40,713 nucleotides of DNA from Octopus bimaculoides (taxonomy: Eukaryota), in contig NC_068981.1 in NCBI RefSeq assembly GCF_001194135.2, positions 32,280,733 to 32,321,445 of the forward strand. The letters are read 5' to 3'. Position numbers and translations under genes: made by a program. The notes beneath the pieces were generated by a model. It saw only the letters and a list, made by a program, of their open reading frames with translations, made no database searches and was not told the origin of the DNA. Positions 11,186 through 23,357 of this stretch are shown piece after piece. Each line of letters opens with the position of its first letter. Positions within the stretch are counted from its first letter, which is position 1.

Positions 11186-11839
11186 AAGAACTACACCAAT
11201 TAAGTCGACAATACATCTTGCACAAATGTGTGGCTTACTGCTAAGGTTAGAAATAATTAATGCCTTCAGCAACGACTATTCATTTGTCTTCTCAATATTT
11301 GTAAACACAAAGGAAAACACAGCAATAAAATAGAGAGACATTAATATGGAGAACAAGATGAATGAAACAAATTAGTTAAAGATATCTGAAGATACTACAA
11401 AGCCGTAATAAGTCCTCCTACAACATATGGCGATCAATGCATCGATGTTGAAAATAACTTTTGAAACTTTCCACCTGTACAATATATATAAAATCTGATT
11501 AGAAGAAAAATAGCATCAATTTAGGTGAAAAGTTTTGAGGTATAAATTGAGAATATGAGACTGTGATTGTGCTGGTTATTTGGTAATAAAATGAGTTAGG
11601 GAATTTATGATAATATTTGTGCTAAAACTGTCAACAATAAAACTATTATTAACATATAATAGATCAGAGAGTATAATGCAATACGTCTACCACCAGCAAC
11701 TAGTTATCTATACAACATTTACTAACGCATAACACACACGCACCAGAGTCACGGACAATCAACACAACCGATATATTTCACATTATGACGAAACACTGAG
11801 GTAAAACTAGAAAATAAAGTAAAACAAGTTATATATTAT

Positions 11840-11969
11840 TCTTTTAATTGTTTCAGTCATTTGACAGTGGCCATGCTGGAGCACCGCCTTTAGTCGAGCA
11901 AATCGACCCCAGGACTTATTCTTTGTAAGCCTAGTACTTATTCTATCGGTTTCTTTTGCCGAACCGCTA
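11840..11969 (-). mobile_element. SINE family B, 3' fragment
   Basis: TTGTTTCAGTCATTTGACAGTGGCCATGCTGGAGCACCGCC...GCCGAACCGCTA; homologous pieces at 5575, 17968 and 34925. Confidence 0.85.
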
Positions 11970-12194
11970 TTTTGACGTATCTTCAAACATTTCTCCTTAT
12001 TACACACATGCATAATAAACCTTATTTTTTTCTCATTATCTTGACTGGTCGGACTTCTAAAATTCTTCTCAGGCTTGAGATAGACGTGAAAGTATTTAGA
12101 TATTTCAATAAATATTGAAAATAGATTTTAAAGAATGATTTTGAAATAACAATACACAGAGTTGAGGCTTTCAATCACCACGATTTTTAACATT

Positions 12195-12450
12195 TTATAT
12201 AACATGAACAGAAAAGCGGATAATATAGATATGAATTGGGAAATGTCTTAGATAATGGCAAACTGACAAGATTCTTGGCACGGCCAAAGCACAATTATAT
12301 TAATGCCAAGGTTAGCAGCAATGACGAGGACCATCAGGAAGAGAAAAGCTTTCTAACCGGAAGCATCACTTCCAACGTAAAATAATGTATCTCTCAAAGA
12401 AATGCCGAAATTAATCAAATATAAAGATCTAGAAATAGAAATAAAGCAAA
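12195..12450 (+). mobile_element. R4/Dong-like LINE RLE-domain relic
   Basis: DHQEEKSFL...NVSLKEMPKLIKYKDLEIEIKQ matches the conserved KE-EK-SKYKDLEIE motif of RLE-type LINEs. Upstream is highly decayed. Confidence 0.65.
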
Positions 12451-13049
12451 TCCCTTAAGACTTTAGTGGGATTTGAACTCAAAATGTGTAAAAGGTTAGA
12501 ACAAATAACATTTTTTTGTGATTTGTTAACTATTCTAGTCACAAGAGTTTAATATTAAACATACAAATACTAAGAAGCATTAAACGTAAGACACCTACAA
12601 CTATGTGGGTGGAAGGGATAAAGTTATACAAAAACTAGTACATGTTTGATACACGCTATAAAATATATAATTGGTCGATATAAAAAAACTATAAAACATA
12701 GACTCACAAACTTATACACAGGATAAACAGAAATAGCTGATAAACACAGTAATTAAAAGAAATTATTTACATAGAAATTAGAACTCTAATTTAACATTAA
12801 CTGTGGTATTCCAATCTATTCCTTGTATTGTTCATAGCAGTCGACTCCAACAATGATATGGGAATGGTTCTTGCGTTACGGTAGATAAGTGAAGGCCCAC
12901 GCTTCCTGGATCGTTGAAATACACCTCTTCGAAATTTGTAGTAGTATTCTATACGCTTTATGTTGTTTAAAATAGCGTCCTATTTCCATCTTAATCAAGT
13001 TCTTTTTGTCAAGAAATTTCTTGTGTGTGATGTATATAAGTGTCTTAGA

Positions 13050-13345
13050 TGTTTATTTATTTATTTGCAAAAAGAAAGCGAGTTCTTCTTACAGGATATT
13101 GGTTCTTTGTTATAGGAAATGAGATTTTCCTCAACAAAAGTGCCTCCTCTTCATAGGTAGTTTGACTATACCTCACAAATACCTCGATTTCTTTCTTTAG
13201 CTTTTGTTTGTTTTTCATTCTTCTGTAGAAGTCTGGGCGTGCCCTCCATTTTGCATACCCGATTGTTCTAGTTGCTAGCGCCAGGGATTCATCTTTCCTT
13301 CACCAATTCAGGTTGGGTAAGAGGATTTGGGATTCATACCACGCT
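13050..13345 (-). mobile_element. Possible L1/Tx1-like ORF2 C-terminal relic
   Basis: PEAWYESQILLPNLNW*RKDESLALATRTIGYAKWRARPDFYRRMKNKQKLKKEIEVF, a long near-open frame. Family assignment is by weak resemblance only. Confidence 0.25.
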
Positions 13346-13514
13346 TCTGGTAAAAAAAAAAAAACAAAAAAAAAACGGGCTGAGCAATCTTATTTTCTGA
13401 CTTACGAGCTGTGCCTGATGTTGCCTTTGGACAGACTTCAGTGACATTCCTATTATCGGATATATAGAAGTAGGAAATTACAGCGAAAGTAATGTAAAAC
13501 CCCGTGCGGGCCTT

Positions 13515-13670
13515 ACTACTACTACTACTACCACCACCACCACCATCGTTTCCACTGCTATCGCTGCTACTGCTAATACTGCAGTTTTTGCTAGTACTTC
13601 TACTGCAACTACTTTTTCAGTTGTTGCGGCTCCTGCTGCTGCTCCTGCTGCTACTATTTCTGCAACTTGA
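13515..13670. repeat. Cryptic trinucleotide (CTA/CCA/CTG) region
   Basis: Direct reading; explains the Leu-rich ORF at 13504. Confidence 0.8.
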
Positions 13671-13869
13671 TAAAAGTCACATTTTGTTGCGTGAGCAGAG
13701 CATAGAAATGTGGCTGATGAAACAAATTATTATTGAAGTTTCTTAAATAGTAAAGGCGTTTTCGATTATCTCATATAAAACATAAGATGCAAGTGTAGAC
13801 TGAATATTTGGTGCACATTTGCATCTCTAGATGAATGTCATTTAAGTAAGATAATCACATTTGCTCAAT

Positions 13870-13910
<41 letters not shown>

Positions 13911-14389
13911 TACAATTTGAACAACGCGTGGCCAATCAATAACAGGACATCTTTTAAAAAGCCCTATGATGTATCTGCTAGTAATTTATAATCTGTTCTT
14001 CAAAATTATATCCAGCAGTACGAGTGAACATTTATTAAATGATGATGATTACACAAGTCAAATTCATTAAAGCATAAGCAGAATGTAGCGGAGTCCCTAT
14101 AGAACAATTATTATTAACACGATGACATTACTTTATACAGTAAACGTATTTCTGAATGGTTGCACCATAGGAAATCCACTGATTCAGTCGGACTAGCTGC
14201 ATCATTAAAATATTGGAGGATTTGATGACTAAATGTCTTATGATATCATAGTGAATACGACAGTAAAGGAACGCGGTTGTATGATATATAGAATCTCCAT
14301 TACCATAGCATATCAATTGGGGTACGTTCTCCGTCTAAAAGTGCATTTTTTAGCTCAGTTAAAAAATTCATTTATGCGGTTACGTTGTG

Positions 14390-14429
<40 letters not shown>

Positions 14430-15691
14430 AGAGTGTACAATTTATAGGAAAGATCCAAGGGAATAGTTACAGGGTGGCCAAATGTTGCTCAAATGTCCTA
14501 GGAAACAATGGTCACACTTATGTGGGATTTGATTCCGTGGATAAGTGAGACGTATTTAGGAGAAAATAGGAACAATTGAAAAACAACTCGTGCGCTTGTC
14601 TCCTTTTTCAATTTTTCCTATATATATATATATAGGGAGAGAGAGGGGGAGAGAAAGAGTGAGAGAGAGAGAGAGAGACAAAAAGACAGACAGACAGAGA
14701 CATAGAGAAATAAGGGCACAGTGGATCTTCATTCTTAACCTCTCCTTTCTATGAATGAGCTCTCGTTTATGTTGTAATTGTTCCTCATCTTGAGTGTTTC
14801 CATGAAAAAATCTCATATTAGTATCTGTTCTGTGATGGATGTTACATAGAATTGAGAACATTGGCATAGACGAAGGGATAACTCGTTGCGAGAAAGCTTT
14901 GTGAATAAGATAAAGAAAAAACATAACATGATAACGGTAATATGGAGGATCATTACTTAGCACAGGAATGATAATATTTTTCCATGAAAAAGATTAACAA
15001 TACCTTATAAATAATTAAACTACTAGTACGGAATAACTACAATGTTGTGAATAGCTAAGAACTTAAGTAAAGATATTTTCATCTTCAGAAAATTTTTCAT
15101 CTTCTCATTCACAATTGTATACAAGAGGCATAATATCAAATCCCGTCTGTGAGTACACCGACAGAATACTCATAAGGAGAGGCAAAGGCGGGTTGCAGAG
15201 AAAAAAAAACACTGCCAGCATCTGTAAATATAGTTAGGGTGTATTAACACAAAATTTGTTAACCTTGAACATATTTATGCTTGTTTTCCGAGTGGTTCCT
15301 AATTATTATTAATGTAAGGAAGACTGAAAGTAATCATGAATCTTCTAATATAATAATGAGTGTAGTGTTTTTATATATATCTATATATATATTTGTCCAA
15401 AATCACGGAGTAGGAGAAAGAGTATAAGCGAACGGAGAGGAAAGAAAATAGTAATTCAGTGAAAGAGAATTAGTGAGAATAATAGCCCTGACTGAGAGAG
15501 AAAGAGTGAGAGAAAGTAATAGCAATGAGAGAAAGAAAGTGGCAAAGAGCTTGTTGTGTATCTTCTGTATCTTCTGTTTTCCTCCGTCATGAATGAGAAA
15601 GGAAGGGCTGATAGATGAATAACGAAGGAAGGGGTGAAACAAATCAGCATTTCAAGTCTTTGTGAGTATATATATGTATATGTAAAAGGGT

Positions 15692-15731
<40 letters not shown>

Positions 15732-15859
15732 TATGCAATGGAAATCAAACAGTATTTCAACTCTGTCTGAGTATATGTGTGTACGTATGTGAATGTTTGT
15801 ATCTGTGATTATTATGTACCTTATTTTGAACCTTATTTATATATAAAATACAACAATTA

Positions 15860-15892
15860 GCCGTCATTTTTGACGGCACGGGTTCAGCTAGT
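15860..15892 (+). mobile_element. Helitron-type 3' terminus
   Basis: Hairpin GCCGTCA-TTTT-TGACGGC (15860-15877), 10-nt spacer, CTAG (15888-15891), then T. This is the canonical hairpin plus CTRR|T signature. 5' end not located. Confidence 0.6.
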
Positions 15893-16228
15893 GATATATA
15901 ATGATAATGAGGAGATTACATCTTCGGTTGAGAAAAATATAACGCAAAACTTAGCGGTTGTATTTGTTTAACAGGTAAAAAAGAAATAACGGTGTTAAAA
16001 ATGACTTGGAAATAAGCAAACAGATATTGTTTCATTAGCATGAAAATAGGTAAAAAAAGAGGATCGAAAATTTGCTTTAGAAGAAAGAATTGAGTCGACT
16101 TGCCGACAAGAAGAAAGTTATTTCTGAGATGTGAAACACCGAGAGAAGAAAAAATGAATTCTAAGATACACATAGAATTATAGTAAGTGAATATAGAAGC
16201 ACAAAAGAAAAATATGGGTAAGAAGTAA

Positions 16229-16440
16229 AAGCGGTGAGCTGGCAGAATCGTTAGCATGCCGGAAAAAGTGTTTAGCGCCACTTCGTCCGTCTTTTTGTTC
16301 TCTGTTCAAATTTCGACGAGGACGACCATGACTTTTATCCTTTCAGGGTCAATAAAATAAGTACTAGTTGAGTATTGAAGTCGATGTAATCGACTAACTA
16401 CTCCACCGGAATTGCTAGCCTTACGCCAAAATATGAAAAC
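16229..16440 (+). mobile_element. SINE family A (alternative 3' end)
   Basis: AAGCGGTGAGCTGGCAGAATCGTTAGC...GTTCAAATTTC...GCCTTACGCCAAAATATGAAAAC. Confidence 0.9.
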
Positions 16441-16891
16441 AATATTTACAGAAATCCGAGCATATTATTGTACACACACACACATATGCATATATAGATA
16501 ATACGATAATAGGCATAAAAATTGATATGTACAGGCACAGAGGGGTACATACGTATAGGGGTACATATGCATAAGGGTACCTACGTAGAGAGGGCACATA
16601 GATAATTTTGCAGCTTTAAAAGTAATCAAAACAGCACATAACATTACATGTATATGCACTCTCGAAAGACATATACGTATGCAAAAATACAAATAAGCGC
16701 GCTTGCATCCATATTCATACATACATGCATACATATATATACGTACATACATACACACAATACACACGCATATAGATAGATAGAGAGAGAGAGACAGACA
16801 GACAGACAGAGAAATATCGATGCGTATATGTGTTTATGTATGCACACCCACGCATACACATACACACACACACACACATATATATGCGTGC

Positions 16892-16925
<34 letters not shown>

Positions 16926-16944
16926 GGGAGAATGTACAAAAAAA

Positions 16945-17110
16945 CAACAACAGACGAGGACAGGTGGTGTAAACAACAAAAGGATGTATTAGTTTGACGC
17001 TCGGGAATACGGAAAGTCTTTAACGTTTCGAGCTACGCTCTTCAACAGAAAGAATACGGAGACAAGGAGAAAAACACGGAGAAAAAAAAATTGAATAGTG
17101 TTCGGTCAAC
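16945..17110 (-). mobile_element. Penelope-like terminal-repeat fragment
   Basis: Contains the PLE-typical CGAAACGT motif embedded in a hammerhead-like fold; no ORF. Confidence 0.6.
17017..17053 (-). ncRNA. Degenerate minimal type I hammerhead ribozyme
   Basis: Reverse complement UCUUU-CUGUUGA-A-GAGC GUA GCUC-GAAA-C-GUU-AAAGA. It has a 5-bp stem I, a 4-bp stem II and a palindromic AACGUU in place of stem III. Two core deviations: A6U, and GUU instead of GUC. Confidence 0.65.
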
Positions 17111-17380
17111 GGTCAATCATATATATAAATGCATCTGTACATACATCCAAACATACAAATGTTACTATCAAAGGAATCTGTTAAGGTTTTAAAGTCTTAG
17201 GAATGGTTCTTAGTTATGAATAGCATTCATGTTTGGCAGCGAATAGGGGAAAGATTAGTGGCCAGACCAAGAATGTGTATATCAGAGATTTGTGTATCTC
17301 CTTCATCACTATTGAACAATACAACATCCGAATGATAGTCTCCACAGCAATAATGGATTTCTACCTTTACTCCCCCACAG

Positions 17381-17419
17381 GAGTACTAAACTTCGAAAAT
17401 GATCGCATTATGAAAGAAG
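17381..17419 (+). CDS. Candidate 39-nt symmetric (phase 1-1) exon
   Basis: Acceptor TTCTACCTTTACTCCCCCACAG|G and donor GAAG|GTAAAG; (G)VLNFENDRIMKE(G). No homolog recognised. Confidence 0.2.
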
Positions 17420-17894
17420 GTAAAGGACACTTTAATAGTTACCGAGAAAGTACTGATGTATCTGAATCTAGAGTGGTTCAGCAAACAATTTGGATGAAAA
17501 ACATTCACCATATCGCCAAACTGTCATGCATGACTTCATTTATGGACATAATAGTAACGTTCAATACGATTATAACGTAATTCAGTGCTTCCTGAAACAG
17601 CTGTCAAGTTAAGAGGAACTATGCATTCTTTTCTTAGTATTCTGTATTTGTATGCTCTATATAAATATATTTGTCTAAATATATCGATATCTATACGGTT
17701 GTACATATTTGGTTTACCTTCTTAACATAGTTAGTTATGCGTTTCTATTTATACATTTTTATATATCTATGTTAATATGTTTATATCAAGCCTAATTGTG
17801 CTTATATGCATCTATCTCTCACTCTCTTTCTCTTTCTCTCTCTCTCTATCTCTATCTATCCATCTATTTATGTGTCTATCTAACACACCACACA

Positions 17895-19070
17895 CAAGAG
17901 GGTGGGTTGACTATGAAGAATTGATGCTAGAGATGTGAAATCTTGCATGCCTTAATTTCAACCCTTCTTATCAATTTATTTATTTATTTATTTATGTGTT
18001 TCAGCCAAGTGGCTGCGGTCATGCTGGTGCACCACCGTACTGCGTTTTCTCTCTCTCTAGATAAACTGAGATACGACTGTTCAAAAGAGATTTTAAATGT
18101 AACCGGTAGCGACTTCTCTTGAAAATGGACAAAATTTGGCATTGTGGTGTTATCAAGTACCTGCAGAAAAAGGGTTTATGTTCCAAGAACATCCGTGCTG
18201 ACATGCGTATTACAGTAGGTGATGACGCACCAGCTTTATCAACAGTGCAAAAGTGAGTAGTTCAGTTTAGGAGAGGAACGGTGAGGCTTGAAGATGACCC
18301 AAGGTCTAGACTCCTTGCAGCTGCCACCACCGAGGAAAACATTGATCGTGTTCACCACATTCTGATGAATGACAAGCAACTGAATAAATCAAACAGCCAC
18401 TGCTATAGAACATCCCGTATAAGAGTTGAGAATATTCAGCACAATGAACTTGCCACGGTGAAGGTTTCTGCTTGGTGGTTGCTATGTTTCCTGACCCTTT
18501 ATCAAAAGTGCACCAGGCTGCTCACTCATGGGAAAATCTCACATTGTTTGAGGCAGATCCATCTGGTTACCTACCATGTTTCATAACTCAGGATGCGTGT
18601 TGGGTTCATCTCTTTGAACCACAGACAGAAACAATCTATGCAATGGAAACACCTCTCCTCATATCCTCCAAAGAAGGTCAAATTCATTTCATCAGCAGGT
18701 AATGTGGTGGCATCAGTTTTATGGGATGCAAAAGGCATTGAGTTTATTGACTGCTTGAAAAAGGGCCTCACCATCAATGGAGAATACTATATCAACTTGT
18801 TGAGGCAGTTACAAAAGGTATGAAGACCAAACGCCCAACAACACAGACAAAAGGGCTCTTGCTTGATCAGAACAATGCTCCAGAAAACCCGTCCTTCGTT
18901 TCAAAAGCTGCTGTGTGTGACTGTGGATTTGAACTGGTTGATCACTCTTCCTATTCTAATTTGTCACCATCTGACTACCATCTGTTCTCCAACATGAAAA
19001 GAGCACTTAGCTGAGAACCAGTATCACTGCCATGATGACGTCATATCTGCAGTTGATGACTTTTTGACCA
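17895..19070 (+). mobile_element. Decayed mariner element, third lineage, 3'-truncated
   Basis: ATG at 18125: MDKIWHCGVIKYLQKKGLCSKNIRADM...LEDDPRSRLLAAATTEENIDRVHHILMND, TQDACWVHLFEPQT, VFWD-like SVLWDAKGI, LLDQNNAP, SYSNLSPSDYHLF. Many stops and frameshifts. Partial left TIR GAGGGTGGG. Confidence 0.9.
17968..18045 (-). mobile_element. SINE family B 3' tip with (TTTA)n, nested in the mariner 5' region
   Basis: (TTTA)n-TGTGTTTCAGCCAAGTGGCTGCGGTCATGCTGGTGCACCACC. Confidence 0.7.
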
Positions 19071-19840
19071 CACACTGTCCACACGATTGATTCTCATATC
19101 CAAACGTCCCTGTCCAAAAACACGAAAAAAATGTATGTATCATGTTTTCTAATTACAGTACATTTTTTTGTAACTTAATTTGCTACAAAGTTGATATACA
19201 ACTAGCTTTGTAACAAATTTAATGAAATGCATATACGATATACATTTCACTAAATATTATTTACGTATTATATTAAACCTGTATATAGACTAAGAAAAAG
19301 ATTAATGTAGAATTAATAATTTTCATTATCATATTAGTTACAAATTTCGTTCTAGGCTGAATATTGTTCTTGTCTTCAAACCACTTGAGATCTACAAGTT
19401 TTCACTCGCTGACAGAAATGAAGAGGCAACTTGTGTGCATCTTTGTACGTCTGTGTGTCTATGCGTTCGTATTTCTGTGCGGCTATGAAGACGTTATTAT
19501 GCGGGGTTATTGAAGAATAAGAAAATTATCTAATATAAGCGTATGAAATAGACCCAGGATAATGATAGTAATGTGAATAACCTTTAAGCATGCTGAATTA
19601 TTGAAACTGCTTGCATTCGAGAGTTAAGCGATAGTAATAGTTCAAGTGCAACGTCTAAAGACTAAACGCAACAATACGCCTGCCAAGTGTATTTGCATAT
19701 AGACATATATAGATTTAAACAGTGATATATAAATCTACGCACATATACACATGCACACACACGAACACACATATATACATACATAGGCACACACATGCAC
19801 ACTCACACATATATATACTAAATATATGCATTTATATATT

Positions 19841-19892
<52 letters not shown>

Positions 19893-20199
19893 GTCCATGA
19901 GTATGTATTGTGTGTTTGCGTTTATATACTTGCATACTATTCTTCTCGGAGATAATTTTCTGTCTCTTTCATTTCGTAAAGGTCATTTAACATGAATATA
20001 AATATTATTTCCTTGCAGGTGAGAAGTTGGTGGTTCTTCATACTTCTGTCTAGTTTCTGACTGAAGTTCAAATAACAGTAATTATACGCCACCCTGTATG
20101 TACCTGTTGGTCGTACGGGTGTACATTCAAACATGTCTGTTATAACCATAAATTCTCTCCACTCCGTACTTTCATAAACGGTTTACTACAGCTAGAACA

Positions 20200-21350
20200 C
20201 TCAGTAAATCCATGTACATGTTGACCAAGGGTGTATACCAGCACCGACTCTGTTCGAACTGTACTTTGCTGGTGTGTTGTCGATGCCTTTTAGGGTTGCT
20301 GCCTACATCAGATACAAAACTACGGGCAGGATTTTGAATATAAGACGGTTTGCTTTTAAAGCAATACTGCCATTATGACTAATACGGCACCTCAGAGATT
20401 CCTTCTCGTCAACATAGATCTAACAATTAGCATGAGAAAGACTATCCTAATATACCAACTTGCACCAGATTAAGTCTATTCTGGGCCAAATAGTTTTACG
20501 TGGAGAGATATTGCAGGTTGTGGACAAATTCGTATATATAGGCAGTACTGTGAAACTAACAAATACTCGATGACGTAATTTCCCTCCAAATCAAGAAAAT
20601 CAGTGATAGGTTTGGAAAATTGGATAGAGGCTCTGCATAGAATTTCAATTGAGACGAAGTTGGAAGTCTACAATACTTGTGTGTTCTCTTCGTTTCTATA
20701 TGCACGTGAGACCTGTGTTACTCACCGAAAACATATGAAAGACCTGGACGACTTCACTAACATGTCTCCGTTGTATTCTGGGTATCTGATGGTAAATGTT
20801 TGCAAGCAGTCAATCTATCAGTGTAGAATCTCTAATACTTCATCACCGATGAGAGTGGTGTTGTCATGTGATGAGGATGGAAAATGGCCGAATCCCTAAG
20901 CAATTTCTGAGATATCCCTGGGTTAAAGATCAGCGCACAAAACTAAATTAAGTTACAGGTTCTGCATCAAGAATAGTAAGGAAAAGTTATGTCTTGGAAA
21001 ATGATGGGAAATTTTCGGCCTTGATCGTCCATCGTAGAGGAAAACAGAACCTGATGAGACGAGGGAATTCTAACAATAACTTATCAAGCATGAGCATCAC
21101 AAAATAGACCTTCGTAGATGACTTGATAGGAATTAGAATTGAGTATGTTAACGCACAGCCACACTTAGCCTTAAAATCATCAGAGCAGCCACACACTCAG
21201 GGATTTTTTTACTTAAGACTATACGATGTCTCTATGTACAGGAAGTTTGCAGGATGTGTGTCAGCAAGTGAACGGAAAGGTTATTTGAAGGTTCACCAAA
21301 ACAATATTGCAACATCTAGTGCAAGACGTGCCTATCGTTATCACATCAGT
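20200..21350 (+). mobile_element. RTE-clade LINE relic (RT, thumb and C-terminal region)
   Basis: QGCIPAPTLFELYFA, LRGEILQVVDKFVYIGSTV, RISIETKLEVYNTCVFSSFLYARET, RWC-HVMRMENGRIPKQFL, ALDRPS, and a decayed terminal C2H2-like motif. Heavily frameshifted. Confidence 0.85.
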
Positions 21351-22789
21351 ATACGACATGTTAGTCATTACATACAAACAAAATCTACTGGGAGTACTCA
21401 CCTCAGCCTTTCTTGTCAGCCGTCAACAGTGTTTGCACGTATCTCAGTTTGTTAAATTCCATTAAATTGAAGTTAATTCTAAATATTTTCGGAGGAAGTA
21501 AATAAAATATAACATGAAAATAGCTTACTGTTTTGGTCTTCAACAATATAAGCTACACTTAAAATTTAACATTAAGCAACAACAATGAATATTTCATTTT
21601 ATCCTTTCACACTTGCTGTTTATTATCATTATCGTGTAAATAGTTATCAGTGAAGTTTATTTCAAATTTAAATGTAGAATAGAAATCATTTTATATTATA
21701 TGAAATGGATTCATAAAAGATAAGAAAATGAAACAATATATATTAAAAAAATCATACAGCTAGCCAGTCATCTTATATTTATTTATCGGAATCTAGCGTT
21801 TATAGATATTTACTGATAAGTTTTGACATGAAAGTTACACGACAGTGAGTCACAGCCGAATAGTGTGCCGCGAAATTATCTAGATATTTCGCAATTTCAG
21901 GTATTTTTTATAAGATATTTTAGATAAATGTTTCTTTTCACTAACGTTTACTGAATTAAATATTTGTATCAATTCTAATGAAATTCATTGTTCGTTTATA
22001 TTACACTGTTCGTTACTGTTATACACACACTGTTCATTTCTACATGAATGAATAATCATACTTATAATCATATACTACCAACGCAGATGGCATCACGGTC
22101 CACATTTCTTTAACTCACTTCTTTGTATCACAACATTTACAAATACTGACCGACAATATTCAACATTTCTCTATCAGAAAACGCCGATACTCATTGATGC
22201 TTCCATGATCAGGCCTCTTCTTCAAATGATTGCAATTTACAAACGAAACAACATTTCCGTATGCATCATTAAAAATTGGAAATTTCTAATCATGCCTTAA
22301 CAATTTGAATGAATTTTCCACTTGTACATTTGAATTTTACTCATAGACTAAAACACCTAATACGCACCTAAAAATGTGTGGAAATTTTGTGTATTTTAGA
22401 GACAAACCATATCCTGTTTGATACGGTGTCATAACGCGGAAAATACCCCAAACAATGAAGCTTATGCATGACACAAATATAATTTGAAATATACAGAATT
22501 ATACAAAGTATAATTGATATATTTCATTATTTCGAAGATGATGATGATGATGATGATATAACACTTTATATATCATATCAAATACTGTATGTATTTCAAT
22601 GTTTCAAATAAGCGTATCTATACTTCTATTGGTTGCTGGTCAGACAAGGTTGACTCATTGGTGATATCAAATTTGAAATGAGACTAGTAGTTACAGTGGA
22701 ACTGAATCAGTGACCAGGTGCAATTGGTAAGACAAACAATTTGAGACAAATTGTTCCACGCTGTAGTTGTTTTGGTTCAGATAACTTAC

Positions 22790-22833
22790 GTGTCTAGTAA
22801 GCACATCTCGGAAATATGTTTGTAGAATTCAGG
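22790..22833 (-). CDS. Candidate 44-nt exon
   Basis: Acceptor TATATTTCTTTACAG| and donor CAC|GTAAGT. Only open frame PEFYKHISEMCLLD(T), phase 0 to 2. Confidence 0.4.
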
Positions 22834-23316
22834 CTGTAAAGAAATATATTACAATGCATAGAATTCATAGAAATATTCTTTCAAATATCAAATATAATAC
22901 AGATTAGAATTTAGGAAATTTTTGAGAATTTAAAGTAAGTCATACATGATATATTGTAAACAGTTAACTAATATGATTGCTTCGAATATAAATATTAAAA
23001 ATTGATGTTTATAATATAATAAATGTTTTGAAATACGAAATGCTTTTATTAGATGAATAGTTGAAATAGTTTACATCCATGTATGTTGTATACTTTTGCC
23101 AACATTATCAAATTATTATTAATGAACATATTCAAGTAACAGTGTCTACCAATTAGTATATTGAGGCTAATGTCTGGTGAAAGATAACAGGAAATTTGAA
23201 TGTAGTGAATGGTAATAGATTATTGCATAACAGACAATAACACTAATAAGTGTATCCTTGAGCACTTGTATATTATGTATCTGATAGGAAACTACTTTAC
23301 TCTCCTTCCATCTCAC

Positions 23317-23357
23317 CAGCTTATGATATACATTCATGTAATGGCATTTCCTGAATA
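23317..23357 (-). CDS. Candidate 41-nt exon
   Basis: Acceptor CATTTTCTTTCTAG| and donor CTG|GTGAGA. Only open frame (x)FRKCHYMNVYHKL, phase 1 to 0, compatible with the 22790-22833 exon across a 483-nt intron. Confidence 0.4.

Noticed and set aside
13504-13746. Leu/Pro-rich ORF resembling a signal peptide or TM protein
   Set aside because: Translation of cryptic CTA/CCA/CTG trinucleotide repeats.
14556-14963. 135-aa minus-strand ORF with a possible internal exon
   Set aside because: The donor is weak (GTTAAG), the C-terminal half is a CT microsatellite, and no homology is recognisable.
14468-20098. Inverted 11-mers TACAGGGTGGC (14468-14478, 20088-20098) that could bound a 5.6-kb TIR element
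   Set aside because: The match ends at 11 bp, such inverted pairs are expected by chance at this scale, and CAGGGTG ends are common solitary Tc1/mariner termini. Internal content is unrelated TEs.
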